NCBI GenBank assembly: GCA_902516825.1
Contig: CABXZZ010000002.1
Span: forward strand, 1,815-65,814
DNA length: 64,000 nt
Reading direction: 5' to 3'
Source: an uncultured SAR116 cluster alpha proteobacterium
GTDB taxonomy: Bacteria; Pseudomonadota; Alphaproteobacteria; Puniceispirillales; Puniceispirillaceae
A model generated the notes under the pieces. The model was not told where the DNA came from. It saw only the letters and a list, made by a program, of their open reading frames with translations, and made no database searches. A program made the translations under genes and the position numbers. Within the stretch, counting starts at the first letter, position 1. Each line of letters opens with the position of its first letter. Shown here in pieces: positions 1-8,010 of the stretch.

Positions 1-215
1 CAGGCCCTTTTCTTGCGGAGAATTTGCGGCTAGCACTAAATGGTCTGGCTCTTCGCCCCAATCAACAACAAACTCGCTACCTATCCTTAATTATGTTGAG
101 CAATAACTCAGTGATAGCTATTTGGGACAGATTTTATATAATCACAAAATGGCTCTGGCCTGTCAAAAAATGGATTGACCAGAAATTTATATTTAACTTT
201 TCCAAATTACCCGAT

Positions 216-1370
216 ATGACAGACAGCACACACCGCTCTATTAGGCTTTCCGAAAAGGAGTTGATTAAAGAGAAAGATTCTTTGCTTGATAAAATATATT
301 GCGCGGGGTGTGGCGCCAAGGCAGGAGCCCATCTATTAGATACTGTATTGCCAGCTGCGGCAAAAATAGCCGTCAAATTGGGGGGTGATGAGCGTTATCT
401 TCCCAGTTTGAATACGTTTACGGATGCAGGTGAATTTCCAATAACTGCGTTCTTAGACAGCAACCAAACGCTGGTTCAAACAATTGACTCAATAAGTCAG
501 ATGATTAGTGACCCATTTCTGTTCGGAAGAATTGCTGCACTGCATTCACTAAGCGACCTAATAGTAAGCGATACTATACCATTAGCAGCACTCAGTTTAG
601 TAACTATTCAACGTGCAAAAAGAAATCTGCAAGAGTCTGACCTCACTAATATGCTTGCTGGAGCTATGATTGAATTTAGTAAAGCGAAGGTTAAACTTAT
701 TGGAGGACATACCTCACAATCAAATGAAAATAGTCTCGGGTTTGCGGTGACAGGGATTAAAAACAAATCATCAAATTCGGAGTTTTACTTGCAAAAAAAT
801 GCTTCTAATCTTGAACCACTCTCCCTCATTCTTACCAAACCTCTTGGTATCGGATTGCTGCTAGCAGCAGCAATGCGTGATCAAGCTCTCGAACAAGGTT
901 ATCAAAATTGTGTTGATGTCATGCTTCTTTCTAACGCCAGGGCTGCTGAATTTCTGTGGCAAAATGATGTATTGGCAATGACAGATGTAACGGGATTTGG
1001 ACTTGCAAGGCACATCGATAATCTTATCCAAGATATAGCAATAAAGTTTAATATAAAAATGGGTGTAGAGATAAACCTTAATAAAATACCGGTTTTGGAA
1101 GGAGCTTTCGATATTTTAGAAAATACATCTATACGATCAAGTTTATCTACATCAAACAAACGTTCTGTTAGAATTTTTAATGAACCCACCACCAAGAATA
1201 CTTCCCTTTTGGATATTTTATTTGATCCGCAGACTTCAGGCGGCATCGTTGCAGTTGTTCCAACCATAAAAGCTGATAAGATTACTAGAGCCCTAAGGAA
1301 GAGCGCTGCCCCACATACCGCAATAATAGGTTCGCTGACATTGAATAGAACAGGCATCATCACTAACTAA
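216..1370 (+). CDS. selD: selenide, water dikinase (selenophosphate synthetase), Cys-type
   Basis: N-terminal YCAGCGAK loop (catalytic Cys/Lys) plus LTKPLGIG, AMTDVTGFG and DPQTSGG motifs of the SelD/AIR-synthase fold. Start placed at ATG 216 because MTDSTHRSIRLS resembles the E. coli N-terminus as I recall it. The TTG at 24 in the ORF track would add 64 non-homologous residues. Confidence 0.8.
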   Translation: MTDSTHRSIRLSEKELIKEKDSLLDKIYCAGCGAKAGAHLLDTVLPAAAKIAVKLGGDERYLPSLNTFTDAGEFPITAFLDSNQTLVQTIDSISQMISDPFLFGRIAALHSLSDLIVSDTIPLAALSLVTIQRAKRNLQESDLTNMLAGAMIEFSKAKVKLIGGHTSQSNENSLGFAVTGIKNKSSNSEFYLQKNASNLEPLSLILTKPLGIGLLLAAAMRDQALEQGYQNCVDVMLLSNARAAEFLWQNDVLAMTDVTGFGLARHIDNLIQDIAIKFNIKMGVEINLNKIPVLEGAFDILENTSIRSSLSTSNKRSVRIFNEPTTKNTSLLDILFDPQTSGGIVAVVPTIKADKITRALRKSAAPHTAIIGSLTLNRTGIITN

Positions 1371-1389
1371 AATTTCCTGAAAGGTTATA

Positions 1390-2439
1390 ATGGGCGCACC
1401 AATAGATATTATCCAGAATTGGACAGAAATCACAGCTGATATGGTTATAGATGTGCGCTCTCCTGCAGAATTTTTAGAAGACCATATTCCTTGCGCGATT
1501 AATATGCCTGTTTTAAATAATAAGGAACGTGCAGAAGTTGGCACAATCTACAAACAGAGAAATGCATTTCAGGCTAGAAGATATGGGGGTGCCCTCATTG
1601 CAAAAAATATTTCCGAGCATATTTTAACCCGCCTTGGGAATATGCCAGTAGAATTCAGACCTCTTTTTTACTGTTGGCGTGGTGGTCAACGCTCAGCTTC
1701 ATTTGCACGCATTTGCTCTGACATTGGCTGGAGAACCTATGTTCTTGAGGGCGGCTATAAATCTTATAGAAGAAATATTTTAATAGCACTTGAAACTCAA
1801 ACACCAAATATAAAGCCCATTTTGATTAGTGGGCCGACAGGAACTGGAAAAACACGGTTGCTTCATTATATTAAAAAGGGAGGCGCTCAAATACTAGATC
1901 TCGAAGCGCTAGCTAATCATAGAGGGTCGCTTCTTGGGTTAACGCCTGGCGAGACACAGCCAAGCCAAAGATATTTTGAAACAAAATTATATCAGGAAAT
2001 AATGCAACTTGATTTTAACAAACCAGTTTTTATCGAGGCGGAAAGCTCTAAGATTGGCGAGTTGCAAATACCGCAGACACTTTTTAAAATTATGAAATCT
2101 GCTCCGCTGATAGAAATCGCTATGTCATCTCAAAACAGAGCTAGATTTTTAATTAAGGAATATCTTTATCTACAATCGGATCCGCAGGCACTATACAAGC
2201 TTTTTGATGCGATGATTTATCGACATGGTATCAAGAAAACAGACTATTGGCGGTTACTTGCAGATACTAAAAACTGGCAAGAATTAGCAAGTGATTTGAT
2301 AGACTCTCATTATGACCCAGCCTATAAAAGTTCCTCTATGAGGAAAGAAAGGCCAACAGACTTTATTTTGAAGCTTGATACCAGCGATGATAATGCTTTC
2401 AAAAATGCAACTAGCAAAATATTACAAAAATATAATTAG
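1390..2439 (+). CDS. selU: tRNA 2-selenouridine synthase (rhodanese + P-loop)
   Basis: Rhodanese active-site loop CWRGGQRS followed by P-loop GPTGTGKT. Lies 19 nt downstream of selD with a GAAAGG SD. Confidence 0.85.
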   Translation: MGAPIDIIQNWTEITADMVIDVRSPAEFLEDHIPCAINMPVLNNKERAEVGTIYKQRNAFQARRYGGALIAKNISEHILTRLGNMPVEFRPLFYCWRGGQRSASFARICSDIGWRTYVLEGGYKSYRRNILIALETQTPNIKPILISGPTGTGKTRLLHYIKKGGAQILDLEALANHRGSLLGLTPGETQPSQRYFETKLYQEIMQLDFNKPVFIEAESSKIGELQIPQTLFKIMKSAPLIEIAMSSQNRARFLIKEYLYLQSDPQALYKLFDAMIYRHGIKKTDYWRLLADTKNWQELASDLIDSHYDPAYKSSSMRKERPTDFILKLDTSDDNAFKNATSKILQKYN

Positions 2440-2473
2440 TTACAACCTTTAACAACTTTAATTTTAAAACTAG

Positions 2474-3301
2474 CTATATATTTTTTCCTTCTCCAGCAAC
2501 ATGCTTTTCAATATGTCTGCTTGCTTGTCTGCCATTTATGTCCTTCTCTGTGGGAAGCCATGTACAAACACTTACATCTTCTGCCCAAATTGTTTTATAT
2601 GATCCTGGGACAAAAAATTCAGCAAAAATAAATTCTTCTGGATGATTATTAATAAATTCGTGAACTTCTTTTTCAAAAAAATATAATAAATCGCCTTTTT
2701 CCACTACATGTTCAGTTTCATTAAATGTTACAGTACCTGAACCCGCCATTATATATTGAAAATGCTCGGCACCTTCATGATGATGAAGGGGAGCAGAGCC
2801 ACCTTCAGGATAGATAATCATCTCTCCTTTTACGCAAGATAAACCCTGCCATAAGCCCGGGCTTGCTAAATAAATTCTTTTACGAGAATCAAATTCAGAT
2901 AACAAAACTGGCTCAACAGACCAATCCACTGAGTGATTTTCAAATGGAATATGATCACCATTTGACAAGAATCTGCTAACTCTAAGGACAGCACAAAACA
3001 ACAATTCAGCCTCGGCATTTCCTACATTTTCTATAACAACCTTTTTACCACCATTAATTACTCTCAATGATTGTATATCAAAGTTATCAGAGTCTACCGT
3101 CAAACCTGGGGTTAATGCATGCAACCAATTCAAGCTATTTTGTTCAAAAGTCAATTCAAAATACGCGTTTACATTCAGACTGATTTTTTTAATTTCAAGC
3201 CGAGATTCGCCAGTCTCATGTCGATTAAGCAATAACTTTTGGCTAACACCATCACTTATGTCGTGCTTAGTGATCATAGTTCCACGTATCAAAAGGGTCA
3301 T
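2474..3301 (-). CDS. cupin domain-containing protein, function unknown
   Basis: C-terminal cupin motifs PLHHHEGAEHFQYIMAGSG and GDLLYFFEKEVHEFIN. AGGAG SD 6 nt upstream of ATG 3301. The N-terminal ~150 aa could be a second degenerate barrel. Confidence 0.6.
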   Translation of the reverse strand: MTLLIRGTMITKHDISDGVSQKLLLNRHETGESRLEIKKISLNVNAYFELTFEQNSLNWLHALTPGLTVDSDNFDIQSLRVINGGKKVVIENVGNAEAELLFCAVLRVSRFLSNGDHIPFENHSVDWSVEPVLLSEFDSRKRIYLASPGLWQGLSCVKGEMIIYPEGGSAPLHHHEGAEHFQYIMAGSGTVTFNETEHVVEKGDLLYFFEKEVHEFINNHPEEFIFAEFFVPGSYKTIWAEDVSVCTWLPTEKDINGRQASRHIEKHVAGEGKNI

Positions 3302-3636
3302 TTCTTACTCCTAAAAATATCCATTATTAGTTTTCCATAATTTAGGAAAAAAAAGAAGAACTATTATTGTAAGATAGATGAAAAAAAATAGATTTTTTAT
3401 AAAAAAGAACAAAATATTTTTTAGCGCAGCCATATGTTAACACCAAAACCATATTTAGCTATAAACCCGTCACAAAAAAAACCTTCTGATTTTTTCAACT
3501 TTCGAGAGATTGCATTTAAAAATATTGAAAATTTAAAATTCGAGTGCATTGTTCTCCTTTAATCAACAAAAGATTTGTACTATTATTAAGCTAATAACCA
3601 AGCTTTGGAAACACTAAGACCGTTGAGGAGAGAAAA

Positions 3637-3987
3637 TTGTATGGGAGATTGATTAGAGTTAATTTCAAAGATGAAATGACAAAAGATATGATTATAAACT
3701 ATTCTGATAATAAAGCAGATAAAATTGGTTTTGAACAACACGGGCTTCTTCAAAAGCTATGGATTGAAACCTCTAAATCCTCTGCAACTTTATTACTAAT
3801 TTTTCCAAATGAGAAACAATATCTAATCGATCATAAAAATCAAGCTAAAGAATTTCTTGAAGCATTACAAAATCAAGGTAATAAAGTTGATTTATCCGAC
3901 GGTACCATAGTTGGACTGAGTTACAGCAATGTACTTGACAATTTTTTGACTGCTGCTGGAACAAAATATAATTTTCCAAATCTATGA
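3637..3987 (+). CDS. hypothetical small protein (116 aa), orphan
   Basis: Strong GAGGAG SD (3625-3630) 6 nt before TTG 3637. No family recognised. The alternating hydrophobic pattern is compatible with a small alpha+beta fold, which is a guess. Confidence 0.45.
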   Translation: MYGRLIRVNFKDEMTKDMIINYSDNKADKIGFEQHGLLQKLWIETSKSSATLLLIFPNEKQYLIDHKNQAKEFLEALQNQGNKVDLSDGTIVGLSYSNVLDNFLTAAGTKYNFPNL

Positions 3988-4244
3988 AAAGAATAACTCA
4001 ACAGCACATGCCGTTCTGAATAAGTCTCAGGGTTTGTTACTATGAAATTTTCTTTGCATACGAAAGTAACGTATCGAACCTTATCCAAATAAAAATGTAA
4101 TTGCTCATCTAATTCTTGCATGTGATTACGGTGAAGTAATGTGGTAGTTTTTTTGTAACCATTTGTTTGACAAATGTGTGTTTCAGAATTAACTATTTGG
4201 TCAAATAAAGCTATTTTGTCATTGAACTTTCGATTACCCTTCAC
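3921..4244 (-). CDS. doubtful ORF (107 aa, GTG start) sharing an N-terminal motif with ORF 4949..5158
   Basis: Open frame only, with no SD. It overlaps the 3' end of 3637..3987 by 67 nt. Its N-terminal motif LFDQxxNxxTxxCQT is conserved in register with the second copy. Confidence 0.2.
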   Translation of the reverse strand: MKGNRKFNDKIALFDQIVNSETHICQTNGYKKTTTLLHRNHMQELDEQLHFYLDKVRYVTFVCKENFIVTNPETYSERHVLLSYSFHRFGKLYFVPAAVKKLSSTLL

Positions 4245-4355
4245 ATACTACATTTGATTTAGGGTGAAGCGTGTGGTAAGAGAGCAAAACGTAAGTAAAA
4301 CAATAGGTTATTCTCTAGTAGCTAAGTGGTAGAGCAAACTACTGTTAATCGCTTG
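4165..4355 (+). repeat. repeat copy A: tRNA-Asn upstream region plus tRNA 5' half (degenerate)
   Basis: Hand alignment to 5094..5288 shows shared blocks GTTTGACAAA, TTGGTCAAATA, TGTCATTGA and ATTTAGGG, followed by the tRNA 5' half. Confidence 0.75.
4312..4355 (+). pseudogene. tRNA-Asn 5'-half fragment (acceptor 5' strand, D arm, anticodon stem-loop only)
   Basis: 37/44 positions identical to 5245..5288 of the intact tRNA-Asn, with the CTGTTAA anticodon loop retained. There are two mismatches in the anticodon stem and no variable loop, T arm or 3' acceptor strand downstream. Confidence 0.7.
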
Positions 4356-4640
4356 AGAAATATCACTAGTAACAGTACCCACAAGATGTGGTCTGGAGCT
4401 AAAAGCTCCACAGGAATAACAATCCCCTTATCTTGGAGAATCTCAAATAAACAGACAGTTGTAAAGCGTTTTGAAAAGCTATTCGTTTATTTAATCTGTT
4501 TGAAAATTCAAGTGATTTGTCCAAAACAATCGCCTGTCTTTGTAAAAGTCCATTCTTGCCCTTTTTTCGATGATAAATATGTATTATTATTAGTCAAACG
4601 TTGAAACGCGAAAACATCTTGAACAAGGAGAGACACCAAA

Positions 4641-4925
4641 ATGAAAATGGTCAGTACATTTGAAATTACAAAAGGCTTTGACAGATGGCTTCAACTTGTA
4701 GATGTTGAGTTGAAATCAAAGCTAGAAGAGTACGGTGTGAAAGTGCATTTCGCTTGTGCAAATGAAGATGAGACTCGTGTGTACGATATGTTTGAAATTG
4801 AAGACCCAAGTCGTGTTGGGGCGTTTCTGAGTGACGAAGAGGTCATTAAACTACGCACTGAAGCAGGAGTTATTCTTGATAGCTCAGACGTATTGTCAAC
4901 AATCGTGAAATCAAAGGTTTGGTAA
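4641..4925 (+). CDS. hypothetical small protein (94 aa), orphan
   Basis: AAGGAG SD (4625-4630) upstream of ATG 4641. Acidic, soluble-looking sequence with no family confidently recognised. Confidence 0.5.
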   Translation: MKMVSTFEITKGFDRWLQLVDVELKSKLEEYGVKVHFACANEDETRVYDMFEIEDPSRVGAFLSDEEVIKLRTEAGVILDSSDVLSTIVKSKVW

Positions 4926-4948
4926 ATCGAAGCAGCAACTACCAATCA

Positions 4949-5158
4949 CTAAATCATAGCGTCTGAGCGATACTTGTTATCTATGCGCCAAATGTCTTTA
5001 CAATTTGTCTTTACACATTGCAAAATAGTTGGGCAGTCGCCTGACCCCTCTAAACAATAGCCTGTTTTTAATGGATGTGTCGTTTCTGTTTCTGTTTGAC
5101 AAACAAGTGTGTCGGCATTAGTAAATTGGTCAAATAGTGGTAAAGTAATCTGATACAT
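4949..5158 (-). CDS. doubtful Cys-rich ORF (69 aa) sharing an N-terminal motif with ORF 3921..4244
   Basis: ATG start without a clear SD. N-terminal PLFDQFTNADTLVCQT aligns without gaps to ALFDQIVNSETHICQT of the other copy. Lies inside repeat copy B. Confidence 0.2.
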   Translation of the reverse strand: MYQITLPLFDQFTNADTLVCQTETETTHPLKTGYCLEGSGDCPTILQCVKTNCKDIWRIDNKYRSDAMI

Positions 5159-5288
5159 AGCCGCTTGTCATTGATACTATATGTTGTATTTAGGGCTGCT
5201 CTGTGAATGTATTACCTCTAAACCACTGTTACTAAAATTTTTATTCCCCGGTAGCTCAGCGGTAGAGCAAGCGACTGTTAATCGCTTG
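5094..5288 (+). repeat. repeat copy B: upstream region plus 5' half of the functional tRNA-Asn
   Basis: Partner of 4165..4355 (see that feature). Confidence 0.75.
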
Positions 5289-5319
5289 GCCGGCGGTTCG
5301 AATCCGTCCCGGGGAGCCA
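5245..5319 (+). tRNA. tRNA-Asn (anticodon GUU), CCA encoded
   Basis: Cloverleaf read by hand: acceptor TCCCCGG/CCGGGGA, D arm AGCTCAGCGGTAGAGC, anticodon stem AGCGA/TCGCT with loop CTGTTAA, T arm with GGTTCGAATCC, discriminator G and CCA. Confidence 0.93.
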
Positions 5320-5366
5320 ATTTTCTAAATTTCTAAAGCTACTCTTTTTAATACAAAATGGATATA

Positions 5367-6458
5367 TCAGGGTATCTCAAGAACAATTTTCCCAATAAAT
5401 TGTTTTTCTGAGAACATCTCCTGAGCTTTCTTAATTTCAGCTAAGGGATATGTTTTTGCTACTAAGGGTTTTAAATCTCCCCTCTCGATATAGCCAATAA
5501 GGTTTTCAAAACATATTTTGTCTTGATAGGTAGCACCCATCAGGGTGAGATCTTTTAAATATAATGTTCTTATATCTAGCTCTACAATGGGTCCTGCGAT
5601 TGCGCCTGATGCAACATATCTCCCGCCATTTTTTATTAGGTTAAGAACCGATGGCCAGATTGACCCCGCTACTAAGTCTACAACAACATCTATTGAACTT
5701 GGCTCTATCTCTTTTAAAAGATCGCTGTATCTGTCAACAACACTATGAGCTCCAATTTTCTTTAATGCCTCTGCTTTATTCAAACTTGCTTGTGCGATAA
5801 TCTGTGCTCCTCTTAATGATGCAAGTTGAATAGCAGCCGAACCAACCCCGCCAGATGCACCTGTGATTAGAACGCGCTCCTTACCAAGTCCAACTCTATG
5901 CAACATATTTTCGGCAGTTGAATAAGCGCATGGGATTGAAGCAAGCTCCACATCACTCCAGCTACTATTTATTGCATAAACTTCGCTTGCGCGTGTACTA
6001 TTATATTGTGCAAATCCTCCATCACATTCAGAACCCATAGTCCAACATTGAAAACGGCTTGGATTATCTGGGGACTGCATCATAGTACGCGCAAGCACTC
6101 TTTCTCCAATTCTGCCTCTGCTGACATTACGGCCCACATCTACAATATGACCACAAACATCAGCTCCTTGTATTCTTGGAAACATAACTGGCATACCTGA
6201 CCAGCTTGCATCATGTGATGAAGTACGTTTTTGCACTTTTTTGTTAACAGCATTAGTTTCTGAGCGAACGGATTTAGAGTACCACCCAATCCTTGTATTT
6301 AAGTCTGTATTATTAACACTAGCTGCTCTAACTCGAATAAGAACATCATCATCACCCATTCTTGGCAATTCGACATCATTTCTGTAAATTAGCTTGTCCA
6401 GACCCCCATGACCTACCAGTTGTACGGCGTGCATCTTTTCAGGTAGTAAAACATTCAT
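5367..6458 (-). CDS. zinc-type alcohol dehydrogenase / NADPH:quinone oxidoreductase family (MDR) protein
   Basis: MDR fold with N-terminal GroES-like region and Rossmann motif GASGGVGSAAIQLA. AGGAGAGG SD before ATG 6458. Confidence 0.8.
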   Translation of the reverse strand: MNVLLPEKMHAVQLVGHGGLDKLIYRNDVELPRMGDDDVLIRVRAASVNNTDLNTRIGWYSKSVRSETNAVNKKVQKRTSSHDASWSGMPVMFPRIQGADVCGHIVDVGRNVSRGRIGERVLARTMMQSPDNPSRFQCWTMGSECDGGFAQYNSTRASEVYAINSSWSDVELASIPCAYSTAENMLHRVGLGKERVLITGASGGVGSAAIQLASLRGAQIIAQASLNKAEALKKIGAHSVVDRYSDLLKEIEPSSIDVVVDLVAGSIWPSVLNLIKNGGRYVASGAIAGPIVELDIRTLYLKDLTLMGATYQDKICFENLIGYIERGDLKPLVAKTYPLAEIKKAQEMFSEKQFIGKIVLEIP

Positions 6459-6929
6459 TTAGCCTCTCCTAATTTTACTTTTTTTATTTAATTGGCCAAA
6501 TTTTGATAATCGTCTGGCAAGAATCGCGAGAATTCTGCATCAATAATATCCCCTTTTACTACTTAAAAATTGTCAACAATTTAACTTAATATTCGTATTT
6601 ATGAGGCAATGCCAAACTGGTTTAGGCTATTTTCGTTGCTTAAACTATATCTGCGGGCAACTCGCACACTTACATTTTTCGAGAAAAAATATTCGTAAGC
6701 TATTGTTTGTTCTGAAATTGTTTAATACTCCACTTTATTGCAGGTGTACATTCTTAAAGATAGGAATTTGAATACATGGTATCATTATATGACAGAGATT
6801 TTGTTTATGTTCAGTGCAAATATAATTAGCAAACTTTAATTTTGTTGTGTTTAGAAAATAATGTTATTACATAAATCTTCATTCGGATTTAAAAATTGAA
6901 ATTCGAGGAAATATAAACAGGAGAAAATT

Positions 6930-7949
6930 ATGAATAAAATAACTACGCTTTTCACAAGCGTTGCGATTACTGTCGTTGCTTTTGCAACTACAACAAACGC
7001 TTCTACATTAGAGGATGTTCAATCACGTGGCGAACTTCGTTGCGGTGTTGCCGGTGATGTGCCTGGATTTTCAGCACCTAACGATGCTGGTAAAATGGTT
7101 GGTATCGATGCATCTGTATGTGATGCAGTAGCAGCTGCTGTCCTGGGTGATGCCTCTAAGGTATCTTATATCCCACTTAATGCAAAAGAGCGTTTTACAG
7201 CACTTTCATCCGGTGAGGTAGATATTTTATCAAGAAATACTACGCATACACTCACTAGAGAGGCTTCTTTAGGACTTAACTTCACTTACTACAATTATAT
7301 TGATGGACAGGGTTTTTTGGTTTCTAAAGATTCAGGAATAAGCTCTGCACTTGAACTTGATGGTGCAAGTATTTGTGTCCAAGCTGGAACGACTACCGAA
7401 TTAAATATGGCCGACTATTTTAGAAATAATGACATGGATTATACCCCTGTTGGATATGAAGATTCTTCTCAGACGAGAGAAGGTTTTGAAGGGGGGGCTT
7501 GTGACGCCATAACTTCCGATAAATCACAATTGGCAGCTATCAGTACGGAGATGGCAGATCCAAGCAGTATTCTAATATTGCCCGAAACAATTTCTAAAGA
7601 GCCATTGGGCCCTGTGGTTGCTCAAGGCGACGACCAGTGGATGGATATTGTCGCTTTCACACTCTACGCATTAATCAACGCTGAAGAATTAGGAGTGTCA
7701 TCGGAGAATATTGATGAGCTCGTGTCTAACCCTGGCAATCCGTCAGTTGGCAGACTTGTTGGTGCCGAAGGTGATACAGGAGAAAAACTTGGTCTTTCAG
7801 CAGATTGGTCATACCAAGTAATTAAGCAAGTTGGTAATTACGGTGAAATATATGAGGCTACTGTCGAGCCAATTGGCATTCCACGGGCAGGCTCTGTAAA
7901 TGACTTGTGGACACGCGGTGGAATTTTGTACGCACCGCCAATTCGTTAA
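6930..7949 (+). CDS. aapJ: general L-amino acid ABC transporter, periplasmic substrate-binding protein
   Basis: Signal peptide MNKITTLFTSVAITVVAFATTTNAST and a family-3 SBP body. First gene of a J-Q-M-P arrangement. AGGAGA SD. Confidence 0.8.
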   Translation: MNKITTLFTSVAITVVAFATTTNASTLEDVQSRGELRCGVAGDVPGFSAPNDAGKMVGIDASVCDAVAAAVLGDASKVSYIPLNAKERFTALSSGEVDILSRNTTHTLTREASLGLNFTYYNYIDGQGFLVSKDSGISSALELDGASICVQAGTTTELNMADYFRNNDMDYTPVGYEDSSQTREGFEGGACDAITSDKSQLAAISTEMADPSSILILPETISKEPLGPVVAQGDDQWMDIVAFTLYALINAEELGVSSENIDELVSNPGNPSVGRLVGAEGDTGEKLGLSADWSYQVIKQVGNYGEIYEATVEPIGIPRAGSVNDLWTRGGILYAPPIR

Positions 7950-7964
7950 TCAAATACATTTTTT

Positions 7965-7998
7965 GGTCGGGAGGAGTAATACTTCCCGACCATTTTCG
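7965..7998 (+). terminator. intra-operon hairpin/attenuator between aapJ and aapQ
   Basis: 10-bp stem GGTCGGGAGG/CTTCCCGACC (one G-U pair) with a 7-nt loop, followed by ATTTTCG. Confidence 0.55.
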
Positions 7999-8010
7999 TG
8001 AGTTAATAAA

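Noticed and set aside
24-215. N-terminal extension of the selD ORF (TTG at 24, 64 extra residues).
   Set aside because: The extension has no SelD similarity, and homology begins at MTDSTHRSIRLS (ATG 216). The extension is most likely non-coding spacer that happens to be open.
902-1363. Long antisense ORFs opposite real genes: 902..1363, 21601..21951, 38534..38992, 44418..44822, 46378..46890 and 60766..61152.
   Set aside because: Each lies fully inside a confidently assigned gene on the other strand. They have junk-like composition (rich in Cys, Phe, Ile, Ser and Arg) and no SD, so they are typical shadow ORFs.
2474-3301. Possibility that the cupin protein is a DMSP lyase (DddK/Q/W/L-like), given the marine alphaproteobacterial context.
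   Set aside because: The metal motif here is HHH-x3-E with Tyr four residues after the Glu. This does not fit the HxHxxxxExY pattern I recall for Ddd cupins. The 275-aa size and bicupin-like layout also differ. The evidence is insufficient.
3309-3347. Possible SD-sequestering hairpin (UCCUAAA / UUUAGGA, 25-nt loop) in the cupin 5' UTR.
   Set aside because: It is only 7 mostly A-U base pairs with a large loop, which cannot be told apart from chance in this AT-rich spacer.
4326-4604. 92-aa plus-strand ORF starting inside the tRNA-Asn relic.
   Set aside because: It begins within the pseudo-tRNA, has no SD, and has low-complexity basic/hydrophobic composition. It is probably spurious.
6515-6528. 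Sigma-54-like TGGCA...GC element upstream of aapJ.
   Set aside because: The GC dinucleotide is 2 nt too close to the GG (TGGCAAGAATCGCG versus TGGCAC-N5-TTGC), so it does not satisfy -24/-12 spacing.
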